Shown: positions 44,416 through 55,198, counted from the stretch's first letter. The stretch: 64,000 nt of DNA from an uncultured cyanobacterium (GCA_963703315.1 OY969811.1:3616001-3680000); one strand, 5' to 3'. Program-made: numbers and translations. Notes: generated by a model not told the origin, from the letters alone.

Positions 44416-44742
44416 TTGGTTATTCCATGAGATCGCTTTGTGACGAGATTAGGGGGCGATCGCTTAGCTCACAAACTAAAGCACTGAGATTAAAATCCCC
44501 AACTTTTTTTGTGAACTTGAAAACCACTTTTGATATAGCAAAGCAAGTTTTGCTATATCAGAGAAAAAGTTGGGGATCTGGGCATTTAGAGGTAGCCTTT
44601 TATACCAAATCACTTAGGTAGGGCGACAGATAATATTTACTGACTCTAGATCGATCTTGTTTTTACGTGTATTTTTACAATAAGCATCTGTCGTCTTTAT
44701 TTTGTGTTTTGGTATTATTACCGACTTAACCATTTCTCAATA

Positions 44743-47700
44743 TCAAGACATACTCTTTTCTTCTTGTCGCCATTCTTCTAACTTCTCCTCGGTAAATGGG
44801 GTTTTATCTTGGCTTAGATCATCTAGCCATCCTTTTTGTTCTGCGTAAGTATATTGCTCTGAATAATTTCTCTCTCTAATCGAGAGTATTACTTCAAGAT
44901 TCTCACGATAAATTTTTGAGAGGGAGATTTCGATTTCAGAAATTGCACCATTTTTATCCCCTGCAAGTACTTTTGCTATAGTTCTATTTTGGCGAAAAAT
45001 GAGATTGCTTGGTTCCAGAATAACGGTGTTATTGCAAGCGAAAATGACCTGACTTGCTGAGTTGTATAAACTGCCGTTCCAACAGAGTGTATTCCATGAA
45101 TCTGCTGAGATTTTAATATTTGGATTGCGCTTGATGGCTTCATCATAGGCAACTAAAGCAGCTTTGATATCGCCTTCTTTCGCTAAGCGTTCCCCTTTAG
45201 GGATGAAGTATGGATTGATTTCTGTTTGTAGATCGAGGGAAATACTGCTATCTAGTTTCTTGGCTTCTTGAAATAGTGATAGAGCAATTTCAGGTTTACC
45301 ACTCATGCCTTTAGTTCTTGCTTCAGCGATTAGGGCAGGAGCCGCAGCTTTTAGGATTTGTGGATCGCGACAAGTTGCTAGTTTTTGTCGTAAGTCTCGA
45401 TTTGTAGCAAGATAGTCTTGCAACCAATAGCACCCAAGCCCCTTCTGACGATCTAAGTCTAAACTCCATAATTTGAGTTTTTTGTCAGCGCTTCCAGTGG
45501 CAATCGTCTTGCCATTAGGACTAAAGGCTACGCTATTGATACCCCTGCTATGTCCTTTGAAAGTTTGGAGTTCTTTGCCTTCCAGATTCCACAATTTAAT
45601 AGTGTTGTCCCTACTACCAGAGGCAATCGTCCTGCCATCGGGACTAAAGGCTACGCTATTAACACTATTGCTATGCCCTTTAAAAGTTTGGAGTTCTTTG
45701 CCTTCCAGATTCCACAATTTAGTAGTGTTGTCAGAACTGCTAGAGGCGATAGTCTTACCATCGGGACTAAAGGCTGCGCTATTAACACTACTGCTATGCC
45801 CTTTGAAAGTTTTGAAAGTTTGGAGTTCTTTGCCTTCCAGATTCCACAATTTAATAGTGTTATCATCACTTCCAGAGGCAATCGTCCTGCCATCGGGACT
45901 AAAGGCTACGCTATTGACACTACTGCTATGTCCTTTGAAAGTTTGAAGTTCTTTGCCTTCCACATTCCACAATTTGACAGTGTTATCATCACTTCCAGAG
46001 GCAATCGTCTTGCCATCAGGACTAAAGACTACGCTATTGATACCCCTGCTATGTCCTTTGAAAGTTTGGAGTTCTTTGCCTTCCAGATTCCACAATTTGA
46101 CGGTGTTATCCCTACTGCCAGAGGCAATCGTCCTGCCATCGAGACTAAAGGCTACGCTATTAACACTATTGCTATGCCCTTTGAAAGTTTGAAGTTCTTT
46201 GCCTTCCACATTCCACAACTTAACAGTTCTGTCATAACTGACAGTTGCAATTGTCATGCCATCGGGACTAAAGACTATGCTATTGACACTAGAACTATGC
46301 CCTCTAAAAGATGGGATTTCTTTAACTTCGAGATTCCACAGTTTAACGGTTCTGTCAAAACTGCCAGTGGCGATCACCTTGGCATTGGGACTAAAGGCAA
46401 CACCCCAGACACCAGAACTATGTCCTTTGAAGATTTGGAGTTCTTTACCTTCCAGATTCCATAATTTAATAACTCCGTTCAAATCCCCAGTAACGATCGC
46501 TTTGCCATCGGGACTAAAGGCAATCCTCCAGATATCATTACTCTGCCCTTTGAAAATTTGGAGTTCTCTACCTTCTAGATTCCACAATTTGACCGTATTG
46601 TTTCCACCACTAGTGGCTATCACTTTGCCGTCAGGACTAAAGGCTAAACTATTGATACTAAGCCCTTTAAAAGTTTGGAGTTCTTTGCCTTCCAGATTCC
46701 ATAATTTAATAGTGTTGTCCCAACTACCAGAGGCGATAGTCTTGCCATCAGGACTAAAGGCTAGGCTATTGATACTATCGCTATGCCCTTTGAAAGTTTG
46801 GAGTTCTTTGCCTTCCAGATTCCACAGTTTAATAGTTTTGTCCCCACTACCAGAGGCGATAGTCTTACCATCGGGACTAAAGGCTACGCTCCATACAATA
46901 GCGCTATGCCCTTTGAAAGTTTGGAGTTCTTTGCCTTCCAGATTCCACAGTTTAATAGTTTTGTCCCCACTACCAGAGGCGATAGTCTTACCATCGGGAC
47001 TAAAGGCTACGCTCCATACAATAGCGCTATGCCCTTTGAAAGTTTGGAGTTCTTTGCCTTCCAGATTCCACAATTTAATAGTGTTGTCAGAACTGCTAGA
47101 GGCGATAGTCTTGCCATCGGGACTAAAAGCTATGCTTGTGACAATACCGTTATGACCAAGAAGTCGATTTTTCTCTTGCATAGCATAGATAACTTCTTGG
47201 ATGGAGGTAATTACACGGATCTTAGTATCAGGAGAGACGATCTTATTTTTTTGTAATCTCTCTCCAGTCTCTACTGCCTCAACTAACGCCTCAAGCTGAA
47301 GATCTCCATTCAGTAGCGATAGCATCTTGTAACTATCAGAAACAAATTGTGTGTCAACACTAGTTCTCAGAGCCATGAAACCCGCAATTCCCGCTCCAAC
47401 TGCCATCACACTAGCCACAATCCCCACCCCAACAGCCAACCGACTCCGCCCCCTTGCCCTAAACTTCGCCGCCTCTTCCTCCTTCACTGCCACACTCAGC
47501 CGATCCACAGTTTCCCTCAACGTCTCCTTAGTTTCCGCCAACTCCTGCTGCAACTTCGCCATCTCAGGCGCTTGCGACGCACGGATAAACTCCGCTAGAT
47601 AGTCATGCACCAACTGATACCTATCCAAAGGCGACTCAGGCACAAGCACCACCAAACCCGATCGCACAAAAATCTCCAACACCAAATCTAACACCGATGT

Positions 47701-50172
47701 ATCCCCCTGCATCTCAGTCAGCAAATCATGTAAATCCTTCTCTAACTCCACACGAGTCTTTAACGGACGAGTCCCCCTCTCATCGGTCAACATAAACAGC
47801 AAAAACTTAGCCAATCGTTCATTCTCCTCCCCACAATCCACAATCACATCATTCAAATAGCGCTCCACCAATATCGCCTTCGGATTCGCACCCAACAGGC
47901 GATATTGCTCCAAAGTCTTAATTCCCTCCTGCTGTAACTGCGCTCCCACCACCTGAAGCTCAATCGGACGCACTTCACCTAGCTCATCCTTAAGATCATC
48001 AGCGATCGCCCCAATCAACTCAGGCTCCAAATAAAATCGCGATTTCTGAGTAAGGGTCTGAATCAGCGACTTAGCCGCCTTGACCTTGAGGTTCCCCACC
48101 CGATATAACACATTCTTACTGAGAATATCTTGATCGATCGCTGCCATGCTTTCAATCTGATTGCACTCCAGCAAATAATGCAAATAGTCCTCCCGCAACG
48201 ACAAAACTACCTTCAGCGAAGATAGATTTTGCGAATCATTTAGCAAACTTCCAATAAACTCAAAAAAGCGGCGACGCTCAGTAGGTTGATTGTAATAAAC
48301 AAAAAAGAACTCCTCAAACTGATCGAAAATTAAAACTAAACGCAAGTTTTGTGATTCTTTTTCCCTAAGTTTAGAGATGATGCTCTCACCCCCAGCCGCT
48401 CTCCCAGAGGGCGAGGGGAGTAAAGAGTCTTGCTCCCCCTCTCCCAATGGGAGAGGGGGCTGGGGGGTGAGGGTCTTGATCGCCTTCTCCAACTCCTCTT
48501 CCCAATTCGTATATACCCGCAAGGTGATCGCACAAACATCCCTACCCTCAAACGATGTATGCTCCAACTGCGGAATTAATCCTGCATTCACCAACGAACT
48601 CTTACCCACACCAGACTTGCCATACAACACAATCAACTTATAACTCGGCTTAGCAATGCGCGTAATCAACTCATCAAGATCCTGCTTGCGTCCCGAAGCC
48701 TCAATTTCAGTTGCCACATCAGTTTGCGATTTACCGACCGACTTCTTGCCCTGCAAGCGACCCGCTCCGATAAAGGCACGATAGCCATACTGTTGCTCGA
48801 TCGCATACTGTTCCTGCTTAGTGACATAGGCTTCGAGATATTGCTTTTGTGTGGTGTAAAGCGATCGCAATTCCTGCAAAACCGCAATATAAACCTGTGG
48901 ATGTCCCGTATCTCCTAACTCTTTGGCTTCAAGAAGCAATCGCAATCCCTCTTGAGCATTTCCAAGATTAATTTCTGCTTGAGCAAGCATTACTAAATAT
49001 AAATTACGCCATTCTTGATTGGTTTCTGGAGCTTGACTCAAAAATGAAATAGCAAGATTTGATTCAGTTCTAGCAACTTCCCATTGTTGCTTTTGAATTG
49101 CAATTTCGGCTAAATATCGATGATCTAAGACAAGATAATGTGGATTTTGTAACTCTTGATGTAAAGGTACTGCTTTTTGGATAATTGCCTCAATCGCTTC
49201 CCAATCAGACATTCGCTTCGCAATCACAACCAGACGCATAATTACATTTGCCATGAGATCGCGGCGATGTGCTTTTTCAAAAATATCCATCGCATTTTGA
49301 AAAGCCGATCGCGCTACTTCCCAATTAGGAGTTCGATATTTTTCAGCATCAGTAATTTGATAATTTAATTGTCCTATTTGATTGTGCAACAGACCACTAC
49401 GTTCGAGATCACCAAGCTGCTGCCAATACTCTAAACTTGCTTGCAAATATTGCAGAGCCTTTTCAGGTGAATTATTGGGCGGTAATGTGTCTAAACCGCG
49501 AATAAAGTTAAGATTAGCTTGCAATTTTGGCTCAAGATTCAAACCGCGATCGCCTAAATCCTTGAGCGCAGTCTCCAACTCTGAACATAGAATCGAACCA
49601 AGTTGATGAATTTGTCCTAACTTTTTGAAAAATGGAACCTCACTAGGCGCAAGTACATGACTAAATAGAGCTTCACTGCCATCATGGAGAGAAGTAAGTA
49701 ACTCATCAGTGTCAATGGAAAACTCCAGCGTCGTCGTCCAACTCTCAAAGTCAGGTGCAGTGCGGATAATTCGTTTATGAGTACTATCCGAAATCCACCA
49801 CACAATTGGATAGGGGCAGTGATTGCGAAACATCTCGCGATTGAGATTGATATCCAAAAGTGCAGCGTGCAGATCCTCTAGCTCTTCTAGTCCTACTATC
49901 GACAATGCTGCGGGAGTCTCTGACGATACTTGGGAAATTATGTAGTTATATAAATCTTTTTGCGATCGCGGTAACTTTATTTCACGGATTGGTTGTGGAT
50001 GGATTTCTTTGAGACGAATAATGAGGCGATCGCGCAAATTCTGATAATTACAACGTGCTAATAGTAGCTTAAACTCACCCTCATACAAATCTAGAGCCGA
50101 CGAAAGCTCTTGCAAAGCGTCTTCATTCTCAGGTGAGATATTTGCCGAGGCGAAATTAGATACGTCGCTCAT
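44743..50172 (-). CDS. STAND (nSTAND1-like) NTPase with TPRs, one TM helix, 14 WD40 repeats and C-terminal TPRs
   Basis: Walker A GKSGVGKSS; Walker B LIFDQFEEFF; RPIELQ; 14 WD40 units. Confidence 0.9.
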   Translation of the reverse strand: MSDVSNFASANISPENEDALQELSSALDLYEGEFKLLLARCNYQNLRDRLIIRLKEIHPQPIREIKLPRSQKDLYNYIISQVSSETPAALSIVGLEELEDLHAALLDINLNREMFRNHCPYPIVWWISDSTHKRIIRTAPDFESWTTTLEFSIDTDELLTSLHDGSEALFSHVLAPSEVPFFKKLGQIHQLGSILCSELETALKDLGDRGLNLEPKLQANLNFIRGLDTLPPNNSPEKALQYLQASLEYWQQLGDLERSGLLHNQIGQLNYQITDAEKYRTPNWEVARSAFQNAMDIFEKAHRRDLMANVIMRLVVIAKRMSDWEAIEAIIQKAVPLHQELQNPHYLVLDHRYLAEIAIQKQQWEVARTESNLAISFLSQAPETNQEWRNLYLVMLAQAEINLGNAQEGLRLLLEAKELGDTGHPQVYIAVLQELRSLYTTQKQYLEAYVTKQEQYAIEQQYGYRAFIGAGRLQGKKSVGKSQTDVATEIEASGRKQDLDELITRIAKPSYKLIVLYGKSGVGKSSLVNAGLIPQLEHTSFEGRDVCAITLRVYTNWEEELEKAIKTLTPQPPLPLGEGEQDSLLPSPSGRAAGGESIISKLREKESQNLRLVLIFDQFEEFFFVYYNQPTERRRFFEFIGSLLNDSQNLSSLKVVLSLREDYLHYLLECNQIESMAAIDQDILSKNVLYRVGNLKVKAAKSLIQTLTQKSRFYLEPELIGAIADDLKDELGEVRPIELQVVGAQLQQEGIKTLEQYRLLGANPKAILVERYLNDVIVDCGEENERLAKFLLFMLTDERGTRPLKTRVELEKDLHDLLTEMQGDTSVLDLVLEIFVRSGLVVLVPESPLDRYQLVHDYLAEFIRASQAPEMAKLQQELAETKETLRETVDRLSVAVKEEEAAKFRARGRSRLAVGVGIVASVMAVGAGIAGFMALRTSVDTQFVSDSYKMLSLLNGDLQLEALVEAVETGERLQKNKIVSPDTKIRVITSIQEVIYAMQEKNRLLGHNGIVTSIAFSPDGKTIASSSSDNTIKLWNLEGKELQTFKGHSAIVWSVAFSPDGKTIASGSGDKTIKLWNLEGKELQTFKGHSAIVWSVAFSPDGKTIASGSGDKTIKLWNLEGKELQTFKGHSDSINSLAFSPDGKTIASGSWDNTIKLWNLEGKELQTFKGLSINSLAFSPDGKVIATSGGNNTVKLWNLEGRELQIFKGQSNDIWRIAFSPDGKAIVTGDLNGVIKLWNLEGKELQIFKGHSSGVWGVAFSPNAKVIATGSFDRTVKLWNLEVKEIPSFRGHSSSVNSIVFSPDGMTIATVSYDRTVKLWNVEGKELQTFKGHSNSVNSVAFSLDGRTIASGSRDNTVKLWNLEGKELQTFKGHSRGINSVVFSPDGKTIASGSDDNTVKLWNVEGKELQTFKGHSSSVNSVAFSPDGRTIASGSDDNTIKLWNLEGKELQTFKTFKGHSSSVNSAAFSPDGKTIASSSSDNTTKLWNLEGKELQTFKGHSNSVNSVAFSPDGRTIASGSRDNTIKLWNLEGKELQTFKGHSRGINSVAFSPNGKTIATGSADKKLKLWSLDLDRQKGLGCYWLQDYLATNRDLRQKLATCRDPQILKAAAPALIAEARTKGMSGKPEIALSLFQEAKKLDSSISLDLQTEINPYFIPKGERLAKEGDIKAALVAYDEAIKRNPNIKISADSWNTLCWNGSLYNSASQVIFACNNTVILEPSNLIFRQNRTIAKVLAGDKNGAISEIEISLSKIYRENLEVILSIRERNYSEQYTYAEQKGWLDDLSQDKTPFTEEKLEEWRQEEKSMS
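45465..47165 (-). repeat. About 123-bp WD40-encoding tandem repeats, 14 units
   Basis: Near-identical DNA units; perfect 123-bp periodicity over 46779-47072. Confidence 0.95.
48383..48474. repeat. GC-rich palindromic element read in frame within the STAND gene
   Basis: CTCACCCCCAGCC...GGCTGGGGGGTGAG arms; internal CCCCCTCTCCCA-A-TGGGAGAGGGGG hairpin. Confidence 0.8.
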
Positions 50173-50369
50173 GGGTTTATTCTAGAAATTGCCTTAAATA
50201 TATCCTAAGCAACCAATAACTTAATTTTATTTTTATTTATGCGATCGCCCTGCTCTCACTGATTAGAAATCAATATCAACGCCCCAAGTCCTGATATGAT
50301 GATCTGGCAGAATTGTCGTCAACAAATAACGAAATTCTAGCGAATACCCCTAGCAAACATCTCGGAAAT

Positions 50370-52160
50370 ATGCGTCTATCTCAAATGCTCTGGGTCACTC
50401 TTCGCGAAGATCCCGCCGAAGCAGAACTCACAAGTCACAAACTATTATTACGTGCAGGTTATATCAGGCGCGTGGGTTCAGGCTTGTATGTTTATCTGCC
50501 GCTTATGTGGCGGGTTTTGCAAAAGATTTCAGCGATCGTGCGTGAAGAGATGAACGAGACAGGGGCGCAGGAATGTCTATTGACGCAACTGCAACCTGCG
50601 GAACTATGGCAGGAGTCAGGACGTTGGGATACTTACACCAAAGCTGAAGGGATTATGTTTGCCCTCACCGATCGCGCAAATCGTGAAGTTGGTCTAGGTC
50701 CTACCCATGAAGAAATTATTACAGCGATCGCTAGGGATACGATTCGCTCCTATCGTCAATTGCCACAGCATTTATATCAAATCCAAACTAAGTTCCGCGA
50801 CGAGATTCGCCCTAGATTTGGACTGATGCGTGGGCGCGAATTCATTATGAAAGATGGCTATTCCTTCCATGAAAATGAAGAGAGCCTCAAAGAGACCTAT
50901 TACGAAATGGATCGTGCCTATCGGAAGATGTTTGATCGCTGCGGTCTGAAATTCCGTGCTGTAGAAGCTGACTCAGGGGCGATCGGTGGTTCTGGTTCGC
51001 AAGAATTTATGGTGTTAGCAGAAGCTGGAGAAGATGACATTCTCTTTACTGAAGATAGTAGCTATGCTGCCAATGTTGAAAAAGCAATATCGCTACCCCC
51101 CGATGCAGTTCCTTCTCATTTTGATAAGTTCGAGAAAGTGCATACTCCTAAGGCTGGGACAATTGAGACAGTTTGCAAAATGCTGAAATGCGACCCTACA
51201 CAAGTCGTCAAGCAGGTTCTCTATCAAGTCATTTATGACAATGGCACAACAGTTTTAGTACTAGTTAGTATTCGTGGCGATCGCGATGTTAATGAAGTGA
51301 AGTTACAAAATGAACTGACGAAACTCGCTGCAAATTACGGTGGTAAGGCGATTATCAATCTTCAAGTTGCTGATGCGGAATCTCAACAGAAATGGGCGCA
51401 TTCTAAACTTCCTGTCGGATTTATTGCTCCAAGTCTTGATGATTCCTATATTGATAAAATTAAAGGTTTTGCACCGAAGTTCCTCCGCTTAGCTGATCGC
51501 ACTGTTGAGCATTTACAGAACTTTGTCACAGGAGCTAACGAATCGGATTATCACGTTGTCGGTGCGAATTGGGGTAAGGATTTCACACTGCCAGCCGTTG
51601 TCAATCTAGACAAAGCGAAAGCAGGCGATCGCGCCGTTCATGATCCTTCGCAAATCTTGCAAACCGCCAGAGGTATCGAAGTTGGTCACATTTTCCAATT
51701 GGGAACCAAATATTCGCAAGCAATGAAGGCGACTTTCACCAACGAGCAAGGAGAAGAACTGCCTCTAGTTATGGGTTGCTATGGCTTAGGTGTATCACGT
51801 CTCGCTCAAGCTGCGGTAGAGCAATCCTACGACAAAGACGGCATCATTTGGAATAAAGCGATCGCTCCCTATCACGTCATCGTCACAGTTCCCAATGTTG
51901 GCGATGCTAAACAAATGGATATGGGTGAAAGGCTATATACTGCCCTTAATGCCGCAGGCGTGGAAGTGCTGCTAGATGATCGCGATGAGAGAGCTGGTGT
52001 CAAGTTTAAAGATGCGGATCTTGTTGGTATTCCCTATCGTGTGGTTACTGGTAAGGCGATCGCTGATGGCAAAGTGGAAATCGTCAATCGAGCTACGAAG
52101 GTGGCGACATTGGTAGAGATTGAGTCAGTGGTCGAGTATTTACAAAACGAACTCAAGTAA
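50370..52160 (+). CDS. proS: Proline--tRNA ligase
   Basis: [38 protein letters not shown]. Confidence 0.98.
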   Translation: MRLSQMLWVTLREDPAEAELTSHKLLLRAGYIRRVGSGLYVYLPLMWRVLQKISAIVREEMNETGAQECLLTQLQPAELWQESGRWDTYTKAEGIMFALTDRANREVGLGPTHEEIITAIARDTIRSYRQLPQHLYQIQTKFRDEIRPRFGLMRGREFIMKDGYSFHENEESLKETYYEMDRAYRKMFDRCGLKFRAVEADSGAIGGSGSQEFMVLAEAGEDDILFTEDSSYAANVEKAISLPPDAVPSHFDKFEKVHTPKAGTIETVCKMLKCDPTQVVKQVLYQVIYDNGTTVLVLVSIRGDRDVNEVKLQNELTKLAANYGGKAIINLQVADAESQQKWAHSKLPVGFIAPSLDDSYIDKIKGFAPKFLRLADRTVEHLQNFVTGANESDYHVVGANWGKDFTLPAVVNLDKAKAGDRAVHDPSQILQTARGIEVGHIFQLGTKYSQAMKATFTNEQGEELPLVMGCYGLGVSRLAQAAVEQSYDKDGIIWNKAIAPYHVIVTVPNVGDAKQMDMGERLYTALNAAGVEVLLDDRDERAGVKFKDADLVGIPYRVVTGKAIADGKVEIVNRATKVATLVEIESVVEYLQNELK

Positions 52161-52235
52161 TAGAAAGCGGTGCAATGCGCCGCTTTTTTGTTTTTGCACT
52201 AACATGAAGATAGTTACTTCTAGATAGACTTAATC

Positions 52236-52859
52236 ATGGTTCAGGCGATCGCGGCAAAGGATGTAACCATAAGAGAATTAAAGCAAAATTTTGGGCTGCA
52301 AATGTCTGAAGATCCTGCTTTTTTTACTGAGTGGTCAGAAAATCTTGTGGGCTTGAGTGGTGAAGATAAACATCTTTTGGATCGTGTGAAGTCTAATTTT
52401 CTGGAATTGATGGAAGATCCACCAATGTTAGAAAATACAGTAAAGATGGTTGTACTTGCACCATTATTGGATCTTGCTGGTTTCTATCACAAACCATTTC
52501 GGATCGAAACAGAAACAAGTGTCTCTTTAGAAATGCAGGATGAGGGGACGATAATTCGTGGTCGGATTGATGTATTGGTGTTAAAAAATCGGCTGTGGTT
52601 ATTAGTGATTGGATCAAAACGCAGTGATTTTGCAGTAACAAGGGCAATTCCGCAAGCGTTGGCTTATATGTTGAGTAATACGGAAACAGTGGAACCGACG
52701 TTTGGCATGATTACCAATGGGAATGAGTTTTTATTTTTGAAGTCTTTTCAACAAGAGTATGCAAATTCGCGGCTGTTTTCGCTGGTGAATCCCACCAATG
52801 AACTGTATGGTGTATTGCAGGTGCTAAAGCATTTAGGAGCAAAAATTAGCGGACTTTAA
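52236..52859 (+). CDS. Restriction-endonuclease-like PD-(D/E)XK protein (HsdR N-terminal-like)
   Basis: GRIDVLV..LVIGSKR, PQALAYM, ITNG. Confidence 0.75.
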   Translation: MVQAIAAKDVTIRELKQNFGLQMSEDPAFFTEWSENLVGLSGEDKHLLDRVKSNFLELMEDPPMLENTVKMVVLAPLLDLAGFYHKPFRIETETSVSLEMQDEGTIIRGRIDVLVLKNRLWLLVIGSKRSDFAVTRAIPQALAYMLSNTETVEPTFGMITNGNEFLFLKSFQQEYANSRLFSLVNPTNELYGVLQVLKHLGAKISGL

Positions 52860-52921
52860 GCAGATTAAGATTTGTCTATATGAATCAAGGCATCATAGCG
52901 ATCGCTTGATTATTTTTTTAT

Positions 52922-52951
52922 TTGACATAGTATTAATATTGATACTAGAAT
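52922..52951 (+). promoter_or_regulatory. hicAB promoter with palindromic operator
   Basis: TTGACA-18 nt-TAGAAT; 20-bp near-perfect palindrome TAGTATTAATATTGATACTA (52928-52947). Confidence 0.7.
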
Positions 52952-52969
52952 CAGACTAAAATATAGTAT

Positions 52970-53224
52970 ATGGCACAAATAGAAAAAATTGTTGCTCAGC
53001 TAAAGAGGAGTCCTCAAAATGTCAACTTTACTGATTTAGTAAAAGTTTGTAATCATTATTTTGGAGAGCCTCGCCAGCAAGGAACAAGTCACTGTATCTA
53101 TAAAACACCTTGGCAAGGAGATCCTCGCGTTAACATTCAAGAAAAGAACGGAAAAGCAAAAGTTTATCAAGTTAAACAGGTTTTAGCGGCAATTGAAAAA
53201 TTTGAGGGAATGAAAGATGGTTAA
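52970..53224 (+). CDS. hicA: HicA-like toxin
   Basis: FGEPRQQGTSH, KAKVYQVKQV. Confidence 0.85.
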   Translation: MAQIEKIVAQLKRSPQNVNFTDLVKVCNHYFGEPRQQGTSHCIYKTPWQGDPRVNIQEKNGKAKVYQVKQVLAAIEKFEGMKDG

Positions 53225-53543
53225 CTACGAACACTATAGCTACAAGCTTACTTGGTCAGTTGAAGATCAAGAATTTGCAGGATTATGTGCAGAGTTTCCA
53301 AGTCTGTCCTATCTCCATGAAGATCGTTCTGCGGCGCTAGAAGGTATTACAAACTTGATAAAAGATGTAGTAGCTGATATGGAAGCAAATGGAGAGAAAG
53401 TGCCAGAACCGATAGCAGAGAAAACTTACAGTGGTAAGCTTCAGATTCGGATTCCTCCCTCTCTTCATCGTAGGTTAGCGATGGAAGCCGCCGAAGAAAA
53501 TGTTAGTTTAAATCGTTATATGAGTCAGAAGCTTGCAGGTTGA
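53217..53543 (+). CDS. hicB: HicB-family antitoxin
   Basis: CAEFPSLS; YSGKLQIRIPPSLHRRLAMEA..VSLN RHH domain. Confidence 0.88.
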   Translation: MVNYEHYSYKLTWSVEDQEFAGLCAEFPSLSYLHEDRSAALEGITNLIKDVVADMEANGEKVPEPIAEKTYSGKLQIRIPPSLHRRLAMEAAEENVSLNRYMSQKLAG

Positions 53544-53929
53544 AGTTTATTGATAATGCCTTTGTGAATAAGAGTCTAATTTATCGCTGGACAGATGTTT
53601 TAAAAAACATCGAAAAGTCCCTAGATGGCTTCTGTAATGGTTTCCTGCATCCCCGTTCTGAGTCGCCGTTGCAAGTGGTCGCGCCAATCAATGCAGAACC
53701 TACCGCTTTAATTCCATCTAATGCTGCGGTGATTCCTGCGGTGACAATTATTGCTAATGCTTTAAGAGTATTAGCAATAATTGCGATAGTTAATGACACC
53801 TAGTCTATCAAAAACAGAGGATTTCGATAAAAGCAGATGACTTGTATAAATCCTCTGTTTTTATTAGGATATGTCTGGTAAAGTATTTATTTTTCTTTTT
53901 CTTGGGAACATATCAGTATCGTGAATCTC

Positions 53930-54805
53930 ATGACAACATATCAACTTTTCCAAAAACTACTAATAGGTTCTGGAATAATCCTGTTAACACTATACATAGG
54001 CGCTTGTATATTTCTGTTTCTACGACAGAGACAACTAATTTTTAAACCGACCTATAACATTCTAGAAACACCTTTAAAATATAATCTTAAATATGAAGAG
54101 GTTTGGATTCCTCTTAAGGATAGGGATAATTTACAAGATAAATTACATGGGTGGTTTCTTCCATCCGAAAAAGATAATCTAGAATTAGGAACTATCTTAT
54201 ATCTTCATGGATCTGGTACAAATATTAGCAACTCTATTTATCTCCGAGATGTTGTGCAACTCAGAAAAATAGGATTTTCTGTCTTTATATTTGATTATCG
54301 AGGTTATGGTCAAAGTGTGGGAGATTTTCCGTCTGAACTGAGTGTTTATGAGGATGCTGAGACCGCTTTAAGATATTTAATCGAAAAAAGAGAAATTCCT
54401 CGCACAAAGATTTATTTGTTTGGTGTTTCATTGGGAGGAGCAGTTGCGATTGATTTAGCTATTAAAGAGAAAGGCATAGGAGGTTTGATTGTAGTCAGTT
54501 CTTTCACTTCTATGTTGGAAGAAATACTTTATAGAGGTTATAGGATGTTCCCAATTGAACTAATTCTAAACCAAAAGTTTGACTCTATTAATAAGATTGC
54601 ATCATTGACAACACCTATTTTAATTATTCATGGAACTTCTGACAAATCTAATCCAGCTAGTATGAGTCAAAAACTCTACAATGCAGCTCCTAATCGCAAG
54701 CAACTTCTCTTAATTCCAGATTTTGGACATGACAATATATCAGATATGATTGCAAGCACTCAGTTTAGAGATGGAATAAATAAATACATCAATGAAGCTA
54801 AATAA
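53930..54805 (+). CDS. Membrane-anchored alpha/beta hydrolase
   Basis: N-terminal TM; LHG, DYRGYG, GVSLGG, IHGTSD, GHD; AT-rich. Confidence 0.88.
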   Translation: MTTYQLFQKLLIGSGIILLTLYIGACIFLFLRQRQLIFKPTYNILETPLKYNLKYEEVWIPLKDRDNLQDKLHGWFLPSEKDNLELGTILYLHGSGTNISNSIYLRDVVQLRKIGFSVFIFDYRGYGQSVGDFPSELSVYEDAETALRYLIEKREIPRTKIYLFGVSLGGAVAIDLAIKEKGIGGLIVVSSFTSMLEEILYRGYRMFPIELILNQKFDSINKIASLTTPILIIHGTSDKSNPASMSQKLYNAAPNRKQLLLIPDFGHDNISDMIASTQFRDGINKYINEAK

Positions 54806-54870
54806 TTCATGCTGGTATAAGTCTTAAAAAAGCTGTACCATTCTATATTTTGTGAGTAGTGGCTAACTTA

Positions 54871-54937
54871 GTGATCGCATTCTGGAGTGATTGATTGGGC
54901 GATCGCGTTTTTTGTGAATGATTGGTGAGGTGATCTG
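54871..54937. repeat. HIP1-anchored tandem repeat cluster 1 (3 octamers)
   Basis: GTGATCGC 54871, GCGATCGC 54899, GTGATCTG 54930; G/T-rich linkers. Confidence 0.8.
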
Positions 54938-54940
54938 ACT

Positions 54941-55198
54941 CTAATAAATTTCCCTGCGATGCCCTACCCTAGCAATGAAGATCAACTGATTTTCTATATC
55001 AAATTCATAAATGACTCGATAATCTCCTACTCTCAACTTATAAAATCCAGACCACTGACCAGTCAATGGTAGTGGAGAAATCTTTTCAAAATTAATGCTT
55101 AACCATTGGATTTTCTTGAGAATCCGTACTCGCGTATCCTGAGAAATTTTATCTAAATCATCTATAGACTCTAGTTCAAAACTTACTGAATAAGCCAT
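54941..55198 (-). CDS. relE: RelE/ParE-family toxin
   Basis: PLTGQWSGFYKLRVGDYRVIY..VGHRREIY. Confidence 0.92.
   Translation of the reverse strand: MAYSVSFELESIDDLDKISQDTRVRILKKIQWLSINFEKISPLPLTGQWSGFYKLRVGDYRVIYEFDIENQLIFIARVGHRREIY

Noticed and set aside
45473..47256. Long plus-strand repetitive ORFs
   Set aside because: Antisense shadows of the WD40 repeats.
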